Source: an uncultured Elusimicrobia bacterium (GTDB lineage: Bacteria; Elusimicrobiota; Elusimicrobia; 2-01-FULL-59-12). Taken from it: a stretch of 64,000 nucleotides of DNA. Of the stretch, positions 38,786 through 46,193 are shown one piece after another. Below the pieces are notes generated by a model. The model saw only the letters and a list, made by a program, of their open reading frames with translations, ran no database searches and was not told where the DNA came from. The stretch spans positions 512,001 through 576,000 of the forward strand of contig OY969767.1 in assembly GCA_963702895.1 (NCBI GenBank), written 5' to 3'. The position numbers and the translations under genes were made by a program. Numbering within the stretch: position 1 is the first letter of the stretch; each line of letters starts with the position of its first letter.

Positions 38786-39975
38786 GGGCTCACCGGCACA
38801 TGGCCCGTTTTGTCATGCCCTCACCCCCACCTCGCCAGAAGTCCGGCGAGTCGCCGGCAGTCTTGGCGACCTCTCCCGCGTGCACGCGGGAGAGGGAGAG
38901 GCCAAGCGAAGCGAAGGCCGAGGGTGAGGGCAGAGTGGTTTCACGATCCCTCTTCAGATCCCCCGTTTCATCGCGTCTGCTCCTTGGGCTCATAGCTATC
39001 TTTCTATTCCATGCTGTGCTCTGCCGTGCTGCCGATGTCCCACGGGGATTCTTTGTCGAAGACCTCAGCCAGAAGCCCCCGGTCCCCGCCTTTTATAACA
39101 TCGAACGGCATCAGCTGGAATCCTTTCACTTCAAACAAACCTACACACAATTTATCGACGTGGTTCTCGACCGGGAGCATGGCAGGGTGTTCTTTTCCGC
39201 GCGCCAGGGGCCGAAGGACCCCTTCCGCGTCTACCTGAAACCTTGGCCCAATGGTGAGGAAGCTGTGGTTTATGAGAATCCCCTGGGGCCGTTCCGATTT
39301 CTGCTGTCCCCCGACAGTAAGCACTTGGCACTCCAGGTGATGGGACCTTCCGCCTGGCCGATTCTGGCGGTTCACGAGTGGGAAAGCGGAAAGACAACGC
39401 TTCTGGGACAGGGTTTCTCGCCGGATTGGTCGGAAGATGGAGGCCGTCTCCTCTTTCTTCAAATTCCGGGATCTCTTCCGAGCTATCTCGCCGAATATCG
39501 GGTGGACTTGGCGACCAGCACCGTGATTCTGGAGGAGCCGGTGACGGAGGCGGTCTACTCCGAAACGGCAGACAAGATCATCCTGAAAACGGTCAAACAG
39601 TCGCAGCGGTGCGATGAGTTCCAGGTTTGGGACCGGAGGCGGGAGTCGCTCATGCCCTTTTCCACAGGACCCGCCAAGAAGACCATGAAGCACTGCACGT
39701 GTCAGCGGGAGATGAACGCATTCCCCGGCCACCGCTTCTTCTATTTCAAGGAGAGTGAGTCCGCGACCGATTTGGCCGACCAGACGGTCGTGATCAGTGA
39801 CGCCGAAGGCGGCCGCCTTCAGGTGCTGCCGAACGAAGCTTGGAACCCCAAGGTCACGGCGGTGGAATCGGCGACGCTGGCGATTGGCGAGGACCCGCTC
39901 TCCGTGATGAGCGCGGATGGCACGGGTGGCGCCCAGGCGATATCCGGGGCCCGCTTCATTCGGTTTCAGAAATGA
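38782..39975 (+). CDS. Exported protein, TolB-like beta-propeller motifs (true start possibly GTG 38935)
   Basis: Signal-like LLLGLIAIFLFHAVLCRA; LSPDSK.LA, PDWSEDG..L. Confidence 0.6.
   Translation: MRAHRHMARFVMPSPPPRQKSGESPAVLATSPACTRERERPSEAKAEGEGRVVSRSLFRSPVSSRLLLGLIAIFLFHAVLCRAADVPRGFFVEDLSQKPPVPAFYNIERHQLESFHFKQTYTQFIDVVLDREHGRVFFSARQGPKDPFRVYLKPWPNGEEAVVYENPLGPFRFLLSPDSKHLALQVMGPSAWPILAVHEWESGKTTLLGQGFSPDWSEDGGRLLFLQIPGSLPSYLAEYRVDLATSTVILEEPVTEAVYSETADKIILKTVKQSQRCDEFQVWDRRRESLMPFSTGPAKKTMKHCTCQREMNAFPGHRFFYFKESESATDLADQTVVISDAEGGRLQVLPNEAWNPKVTAVESATLAIGEDPLSVMSADGTGGAQAISGARFIRFQK
38818..38930. repeat. Family B palindrome with a nested extra hairpin
   Basis: ccctcaccc ... ctctcccgcgtgcacgcgggagagggagag ... 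gagggtgaggg. Confidence 0.88.
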
Positions 39976-40002
39976 AATTGCTATTATGATGCTCATCCCG
40001 TC

Positions 40003-40860
40003 ATGCTAGGCACCTATCACCTGAACGCCCTTTTTGAAATCCTCAGCAAGCTCCATTTCGTCTATGAGCCGCGAAAACTCTGGCAGTTTGTTCTTGAGCA
40101 GGCCTGCAAAACGATACAGGCTGAGGCCGGCACATTCTTTGAGGTTTCGGGGGACGAAAACGAGATGAAAGTCAGCGTGGCCACCGGTATCAGCGAGGAG
40201 CGTTTACAAGAAATTCCTTTCCGCATAGGTGTCGGCATCAGCGGATGGGTGGCCCAATACCATCAGCCGGCTCTGGTAGCCGATATCCGCCAGGACAATC
40301 GTTTTAACCGACAGGTGGACCTCATTACGGGGTTTACGACGCGCTCGGTTTTGTGCGTCCCTGTGTTTTCACAGAAGCGCAATTATGGCGTAATCGAGAT
40401 CCTGAACCGCAAGAGCGGTCAATTCAGCCCCCAGGACCAGGAATTTATGATGCTTCTGGGACGCCAGGCGGCGGTCGCCTACCAGAACCTTGTGCTCGTC
40501 GATGAGATTTCCCATACAAAAACGCTCCTGGAGAGTATTCTGGTCAATCTTACCGGCGGACTCATCGCGGTGGGGGTGGATTCGAAAATTATGGTCTTTA
40601 ATCCCGCCGCCGCTTCGATTCTCCATCTGCCGGCCGGATCCTATACCGGAAAGACCGCCGTTGAGGCGCTCAAGGCTTTCCCATGGCTCGCCAAGACGCT
40701 CTCCGATACGCTCGCCACCTCCTCGACCGTATCCCGTCAGGAAACGACCATGGACATTGAAGGGCAAGCGGCGACCATCGGATACACCACCATCCTCATC
40801 AAGGACCCCGCCGGCAAGCTTCTGGGTTCCGGCATCATCTTCCAGAGGCTGTCCAAATAA
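40003..40860 (+). CDS. GAF + PAS domain protein without output domain
   Basis: GISGWV, D.RF..VD..TGF.TRSVLCVP, EILNRK..F...D; FNPAA..IL PAS start. Confidence 0.85.
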   Translation: MLGTYHLNALFEILSKLHFVYEPRKLWQFVLEQACKTIQAEAGTFFEVSGDENEMKVSVATGISEERLQEIPFRIGVGISGWVAQYHQPALVADIRQDNRFNRQVDLITGFTTRSVLCVPVFSQKRNYGVIEILNRKSGQFSPQDQEFMMLLGRQAAVAYQNLVLVDEISHTKTLLESILVNLTGGLIAVGVDSKIMVFNPAAASILHLPAGSYTGKTAVEALKAFPWLAKTLSDTLATSSTVSRQETTMDIEGQAATIGYTTILIKDPAGKLLGSGIIFQRLSK

Positions 40861-40861
40861 G

Positions 40862-41209
40862 ATGCTCGAAAAAGGAAAGCGCATCCCGAACTGGCAAGTG
40901 AAGGACATGGAAGGCCGGCAGCATGATCTTTGGGAATACCGGCAGAAGTCGCACGTCGTGGTGCTCTACGACCCCAAGGCCACGCGCGAAACCATCGGTC
41001 ATTGGCAAAAGGCCATTCATGCCGACCGCAAGCAGTGGGAATGGCTCAACACGGTCATTCTCATCGCCCAAGACGTGCCACCGGAGGTGGTCCCGGGCGC
41101 TTACGTGGTGGACCGCTACGGCATGTTCTGGAACTATTTCTCGCCTGACCAATGGTCCTTTGACGGCCTCGAGCGCGACCTGGTCTATTACGAGGCCCGC
41201 CACTGCTAA
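40862..41209 (+). CDS. Thioredoxin/AhpC-fold-like small protein lacking the redox Cys
   Basis: G..IP.W.VKD..G...L..Y......VVL and YVVDRYG, typical of AhpC/TSA edges. Confidence 0.6.
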   Translation: MLEKGKRIPNWQVKDMEGRQHDLWEYRQKSHVVVLYDPKATRETIGHWQKAIHADRKQWEWLNTVILIAQDVPPEVVPGAYVVDRYGMFWNYFSPDQWSFDGLERDLVYYEARHC

Positions 41210-41219
41210 GCCATAAGCC

Positions 41220-41254
41220 GTCACCCCGGCATGTAGTAAGCCGGGGTCTATCAT
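41220..41254. repeat. Family A left arm only
   Basis: gtcaccccggcatgtagtaagccggggtctatcat with no adjacent right arm. Confidence 0.85.
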
Positions 41255-41270
41255 TTATTCAAATAGTTTC

Positions 41271-42200
41271 ATGAAAAAGTATTTTCTTTGTCTCTTCCTT
41301 TCGTCATTATGTCTGGCTGCCAAATATCCACGGCCAGAAGGCTACGTCTCCGACTTTGCCAACGTGATTGACCTCTCCACACGGGAGTCACTGGAATCGC
41401 AACTCCGCGACTATGAGCAAACCACCACCCACGAAATCGCGGTGGTGACTGTTCCATCCCTGGAGGGTGCTTCGGTGGAAGAGTATGCTGTCAAACTCTT
41501 TCAGGAGTGGGGTATTGGCAAGAAAGGGAAAGACAATGGTGTGCTCATTTTGGTGGCACCGAGTGAGCGGAAAGTCCGTATTGAAGTAGGTTATGGTTTG
41601 GAGCCAATCTTGCCGGATGGTCGTTGCGGCCAGATCATCCGAGAAGCGATGGTGCCGTCTTTTAAAACGGGAGACTACGCGGGCGGCATACAAGCTGGGG
41701 CAGAGGCGATTAGGAATGCTCTAACCGGTCCAAAGAAAGATAGCGGATCCCGACAGCCCGTATTTCGCTATACATTTGAACAATGGTTCTTCTTGTTTAT
41801 GGGGGGGGGTGTGCTTCCTCTGCTCGCGGCTGTAGCCACACGCAGGAGGGAGGTCGGTTTACTAATAATGTCACTGATTGGCATCGTTCTTATATTTGAT
41901 CAAACGTCTCGCATGTTCTCATTATCGACATTTGCTGTGCTCACCATTGTTGCAGTTATAGTATTTCGCATCGCTTATTACTTAACTAAAGGTCTCTCCG
42001 CGATCAATCAGAGGCGTGGCGGAGGCGATGGATTGAGTTCTTCGGGATGGAGCTGGGGAGGACATGGAGGATTTGGTGGCAGTGGGGGAGGGTTTGGAGA
42101 GATGGGGGGCGGCGGATTCGGAGGCGGTGGTGGCTTTGGCGGTTTTGGTGGCTTTGGCGGTGGATCCAGCGGTGGCGGTGGCGCCTCCGGAGGGTGGTGA
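41271..42200 (+). CDS. TPM-domain (YgcG-like) membrane protein with Gly-rich tail
   Basis: V.D.ANVI, EIAVVTV.SL, WGIG.KGKDNGVLILVA..ER.VRIEVGYGLE, GGGGASGGW. Confidence 0.93.
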   Translation: MKKYFLCLFLSSLCLAAKYPRPEGYVSDFANVIDLSTRESLESQLRDYEQTTTHEIAVVTVPSLEGASVEEYAVKLFQEWGIGKKGKDNGVLILVAPSERKVRIEVGYGLEPILPDGRCGQIIREAMVPSFKTGDYAGGIQAGAEAIRNALTGPKKDSGSRQPVFRYTFEQWFFLFMGGGVLPLLAAVATRRREVGLLIMSLIGIVLIFDQTSRMFSLSTFAVLTIVAVIVFRIAYYLTKGLSAINQRRGGGDGLSSSGWSWGGHGGFGGSGGGFGEMGGGGFGGGGGFGGFGGFGGGSSGGGGASGGW

Positions 42201-42228
42201 CGATGCTGCGCCCATAAGAGCGCGCCTC

Positions 42229-42602
42229 GTCATCCCGGCACGTTGTTAGCCGGGATCCACGGATGACCAATGAAAAGGCCCTGCGTATACATTCTGGCAA
42301 ACAAGCGAAACGGAACTCTTTACACGGGAGTGACTTCAAATCTGTCTCAACGCATTGAACAGCATAAGCGCAAATCAATGCCAGGGTTTACGGACAAATA
42401 TGCTGTCGATAAGTTAGTCTGGTATGAAGCTCACGATACGATGGAAGCGGCTATTGCCAGAGAACATGCGATCAAAGAATGGAAAAGGAAGTGGAAGTTA
42501 GAGTTGATCGAAAAGAAAAATCCGTACTGGAACGACTTAAGTGAAGAAGCAGCATCAATTTAATAACGCCGCTGGGCCCCGGCTGACGACCGCCGGGGTG
42601 AC
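42229..42602 (+). mobile_element. REP-flanked GIY-YIG cassette 2
   Basis: Left arm gtcatcccggcacgttgttagccgggatccac 42229-42260; ORF 42270-42563; right arm ctgggccccggctgacgaccgccggggtgac 42572-42602. Confidence 0.75.
42270..42563 (+). CDS. Small stand-alone GIY-YIG nuclease (paralog of 31327..31617)
   Basis: VYILANKRNGTLYTGVTSNL; about 62 of 94 aligned residues identical to the first copy by manual count. Confidence 0.93.
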   Translation: MKRPCVYILANKRNGTLYTGVTSNLSQRIEQHKRKSMPGFTDKYAVDKLVWYEAHDTMEAAIAREHAIKEWKRKWKLELIEKKNPYWNDLSEEAASI

Positions 42603-42623
42603 GGCATGTGGGAGGTGCTTCTA

Positions 42624-43316
42624 ATGTGGTTCTCATTGCCTTTTCGTCCAAAGCGTAACCCCGACAAGGACCTCGACAGGTTGAGCATATCCCTTCGTGA
42701 CGCGCTCGGGCCTCGCCTTAAGAGCGTGATCGTCTTTGGCTCTCACGCCCGGGGTGAGTACGATCCCAAGCGCTCCAACGTGAATGTGCTCGTGGTGTCG
42801 GATCTTTCGTACGAGTCGCTGGAGCTCATGGGGCCGGCGGTCCGGGACTGGATTCGCCAGGGGCATATCTTGCCGGTCCTCGTGGCGCCGGACGATTTGG
42901 ACGATTTCGCGCGGGACTTCCCGATCGAGTTCCTGGACATGCAGGACCATCGGCGTGTCATTTGGGGAGAGGATGTGCTGGCGAATCTCAAGGTCGACTC
43001 GAAACACCTGGAGAGCCAGGTGGAGCATGATCTGGCGCTTCTTCAGCTTCGCCTGCGCCAGTCACTCGCACTCGCCAACCGTGACGTCGGCATCGTGCGC
43101 AGGGCCTTAGAACGATCGGCCTCAAGCCTGCGGGTTCTGCTTGCTGTCGCGCGCCGACTGGGTGACGAAAGGGCGGCGGGTCTTGATAAAATGCGGGCGG
43201 ATATTCCGGATCTGGCAGCGGTACGAGTCGGGAATAAGGAAGTAGAAGTTCGTGATTTTTCAAAACGGTATCTTTCAGTCATTGATGCGGTGCTAGGGCA
43301 CCTCAGAAGGAAATAA
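42624..43316 (+). CDS. Nucleotidyltransferase-fold protein
   Basis: LKSVIVFGSHARGE....SNVNVLVV (D-to-N at the usual DxD); GGAGG RBS. Confidence 0.75.
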   Translation: MWFSLPFRPKRNPDKDLDRLSISLRDALGPRLKSVIVFGSHARGEYDPKRSNVNVLVVSDLSYESLELMGPAVRDWIRQGHILPVLVAPDDLDDFARDFPIEFLDMQDHRRVIWGEDVLANLKVDSKHLESQVEHDLALLQLRLRQSLALANRDVGIVRRALERSASSLRVLLAVARRLGDERAAGLDKMRADIPDLAAVRVGNKEVEVRDFSKRYLSVIDAVLGHLRRK

Positions 43317-43322
43317 AACACG

Positions 43323-43381
43323 GTCATCCCCGTGGAAACGGGCCCCCCACACAACTGGCGGGCCGCTTTCGCGGGAATGAC
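43323..43381. repeat. Degenerate family A doublet, short-loop type
   Basis: gtcatccccgtggaaacggg ... ccgctttcgcgggaatgac. Confidence 0.75.
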
Positions 43382-43395
43382 ATCAAGGAGGATGT

Positions 43396-43965
43396 ATGCG
43401 AGGACAAGCGAAAGTAGGGCTTTTGGTTTTCTTGGGCGTGGTGTTGTTTGCTGCCGGATACGGCATCTCGACCTACAACAGATTGGTCAAGTTGAACGAG
43501 CAGATCCCAGCAGCCTGGTCTCAAGTCGAAAACGTCCTCCAGCGCCGCAATGACCTCATCCCGAATCTCGTCAACACGGTCAAAGGGTATGCCAAACACG
43601 AACAGCAGATCCTCACGGCGGTTACGGAGGCCTTGAAATCGTTCAACCGGGCGACCACCGTCTCTGACAAGATCGCCGCGGATAACACGATCTCGTCGCT
43701 CCTAGGGAGAATCCTCGCGGTTTCCCTTCAGTACCCCAACCTGAAAGCGGACGCGCAGTTCATGCGCCTCTCGGATGAGCTCGCCGGGACAGAAAACCGC
43801 ATCGCGGTGGAGCGTATGCGCTTTAACGACACGGTCAAAGACTACAACACCAAGGTGAAAACGTTCCCCACAAATCTCATCGCCAGACTTGGCGGATTCA
43901 AGGCTTCCGAAGACTATTTCAAGGCTGCCGAATCCGCAAAACAAGTCCCGAGCGTCCAGTTCTGA
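43396..43965 (+). CDS. lemA: LemA family protein
   Basis: YNRLV, WSQVENVLQRRNDLIPNLV.TVKGYA.HE, YPNLKA, ELAGTENRI. Confidence 0.95.
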   Translation: MRGQAKVGLLVFLGVVLFAAGYGISTYNRLVKLNEQIPAAWSQVENVLQRRNDLIPNLVNTVKGYAKHEQQILTAVTEALKSFNRATTVSDKIAADNTISSLLGRILAVSLQYPNLKADAQFMRLSDELAGTENRIAVERMRFNDTVKDYNTKVKTFPTNLIARLGGFKASEDYFKAAESAKQVPSVQF

Positions 43966-43970
43966 ACTCT

Positions 43971-44522
43971 GTGCGCAGGTGTGGTTGGGCAGATGACGAC
44001 CCCATCCTGCGGGAGTACCATGACAAAGAGTGGGGTGTTCCGCTTCACGATGATCGCAAGCTTCTGGAAGCGATCATTTTAGATGGCGCTCAGGCGGGGC
44101 TTTCGTGGCGGACCATCCTCATCCGTCGGGAAGGGTATCGCAGGGCCTTTCACCGATTTGATGCCGCCAAGATCAGCCGGATGGGGTCTCAGGATGTGGC
44201 GCGCCTCATGAAGAACCCGGAGATTGTTCGCAATCGCGCCAAAATCTATTCCGCCATCCAGAATGCGAAGGCCTATTTAAAAATTCGAAAGGAATTCGGG
44301 AGTTTTGACCGGTATCTCTGGTCCTTTGCGCCGGCCTCCGACACGCGCGCCCGAAAAACGGATTACCGCCAATTACCCGTGAGTTCCCCCGAAGCTGTTG
44401 CGATGAGCCAAGACCTGCGCCGGAGGGGTTTTTCGTTTGTCGGGCCGACCATTTGTTATGCTTTCATGCAGGCAGCGGGTCTTGTGGATGATCATGTGAA
44501 GGGTTGTTTCCGTTCTGGCTGA
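43971..44522 (+). CDS. tag: DNA-3-methyladenine glycosylase I
   Basis: RCGW, YHDKEWGVP, QAGLSW, FVGPTICYAFMQAAGLVDDH..C. Confidence 0.95.
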   Translation: MRRCGWADDDPILREYHDKEWGVPLHDDRKLLEAIILDGAQAGLSWRTILIRREGYRRAFHRFDAAKISRMGSQDVARLMKNPEIVRNRAKIYSAIQNAKAYLKIRKEFGSFDRYLWSFAPASDTRARKTDYRQLPVSSPEAVAMSQDLRRRGFSFVGPTICYAFMQAAGLVDDHVKGCFRSG

Positions 44523-44555
44523 TGGCTTCATTCATTAATCAAGAGGAGGTCTTTC

Positions 44556-44747
44556 ATGGCTGTCAAAGCGAACTATGTCGTGAAATCAATCGTGAAGGAA
44601 CGCATCGCGAAAGGAAAGTGTCACAGTGCTTCGGACGTCACCGTTGCCCTTAATGGCCTGGTGGAATGGTATTTGGATGAAGCGGTGAAACGCGCCAAAG
44701 CCAATGGCCGCAAAACGGTCCGCGGACACGACATCTGTTTAGGGTAA
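44556..44747 (+). CDS. Bacterial histone-fold protein (singlet)
   Basis: 63 aa, VV.S.VK..I, long alpha2 helix, RAKANGRKTVRGHD; strong GAGGAGG RBS. Confidence 0.85.
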   Translation: MAVKANYVVKSIVKERIAKGKCHSASDVTVALNGLVEWYLDEAVKRAKANGRKTVRGHDICLG

Positions 44748-44832
44748 GAGCGGGGGATAGGAAAAAGGGTGCGGGGGATCAATCATCGAGGGACATGGAA
44801 AGTCTTTGTCGTTGCCTGTCCCCTGGTGCTTC

Positions 44833-46158
44833 ATGAACACGATGGATCATTCTAGACCATTGGCTCGAGGAAAAACGCGCGCGTTGCTTCTGGTCGCAGG
44901 GGAATTGTTCTTGCTTGGACTCGTCGGAGCGGGCGTGTCCTGGGAATTTGCGCGCATGAACCAAGCGGTCGATGAGCTCTCGGAACTGAAAGATCCTTCC
45001 CCGTTCCGGTCAGTCTTGATGGGAAACCTTGAAAAGGTCCATATCGCGTTGCAGGGATTCCTTCGCAGCGCTGATCCCGCGATGGAAGAACAGATCGCGA
45101 AGAGCCTTCAAGAGTTCCAATCCTCGATCCCAGAATTTCAGAAGCAAAACGCGAAGCTTTTCCCGAAACAGGCGGTCGAGGAAATTGGCCTCGCGTTCTC
45201 AGGCTTAAAAAAATCCATCGAGGAACTCTTGAAACTGAATGTTCGCCGCCAGGCCTCCCGGACGAAGCTGGAGGCCGGCTTTGCCCGTATCATCACGCTC
45301 CTTGAGCAAAATGTCCGTCCCTTGATTCGAGACCATCAGCCGGACGCGGCGGAGAGGCGTGAGGCAGCGCTCAATATTGAAAATCAAGTGCGTGCCTGGC
45401 AGCAGTCCCTGATGAGGTCCTGGACGGCGCCGGCCTCCCAGGACGCTGCGACGGTCTATGAGATTGAAAACCGTGGCGCGTCCTACCTGGAGCGTTATTC
45501 CGGGATGCAGCTCCTCGCCCGAGAGCGCAAAGTGGTCAAAGCCATACAAACCTTATGGGATGAGACCGGAAGCATGATGCCGGCCAGCTTCGCGCTAGAA
45601 AAGACTGTTCTCGAGATGGCTTCCTTTGTGAGCGCGCAGCGCGAACAGGTCGTCCTCGCCTTAAATAAATACCTTCCTGCCTTATCACCCGCGGAGTTGG
45701 AGGACCTTAAGCAAGGTTTTATCCGTTCGATGCGCATTCATGGTGTCGTTTCGGTGATCCTGGTGCTCTTGGCCCTGGTGTCCGTGTATTTTTCAGTCGG
45801 CGTTGTGGGTCGGACGCTTCGCAGCATACCGTTGAGACCTGCCAAGCCCGCCCCGGTTTCGGGCGTCATGCTCAAAATGAATCTCAAGGGGGTGCTGACC
45901 GGCTGGAGTGCCGAGGCGGAAAGACTCTACGGCTATACTTCCGATGATGTTCTGGGTGAGACGATCGACAAACTCTTTGAGTCCAAAGAGGATCTCGAGC
46001 GTCTCTCTCAAGAGCTGGCCAAGTCGCACAGCACATCCTTCGTGAGCACGCACAAGGATCAGAATGGGGTTTTCTTCAGGGCGCGTATGGACTTCCATCC
46101 TGTGATGGACGCCCAGGGGCATGTTTCAGCGATTGGAATTACCTGCCACAAAACCTGA
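44833..46158 (+). CDS. Membrane sensor: two TM helices, large helical extracytoplasmic region, C-terminal PAS, no output domain
   Basis: TM segments near both ends of a helical region; WS.EAERLYGY...VLG PAS motif at the C-terminus. Confidence 0.7.
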   Translation: MNTMDHSRPLARGKTRALLLVAGELFLLGLVGAGVSWEFARMNQAVDELSELKDPSPFRSVLMGNLEKVHIALQGFLRSADPAMEEQIAKSLQEFQSSIPEFQKQNAKLFPKQAVEEIGLAFSGLKKSIEELLKLNVRRQASRTKLEAGFARIITLLEQNVRPLIRDHQPDAAERREAALNIENQVRAWQQSLMRSWTAPASQDAATVYEIENRGASYLERYSGMQLLARERKVVKAIQTLWDETGSMMPASFALEKTVLEMASFVSAQREQVVLALNKYLPALSPAELEDLKQGFIRSMRIHGVVSVILVLLALVSVYFSVGVVGRTLRSIPLRPAKPAPVSGVMLKMNLKGVLTGWSAEAERLYGYTSDDVLGETIDKLFESKEDLERLSQELAKSHSTSFVSTHKDQNGVFFRARMDFHPVMDAQGHVSAIGITCHKT

Positions 46159-46193
46159 GAGAGACCAACGTCCTCCATTTTGGACGAGACCCA

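Noticed and set aside
42016..42200. GGC/GGT-rich low-complexity tract
   Set aside because: It encodes the normal Gly-rich C-terminus of TPM/YgcG proteins.
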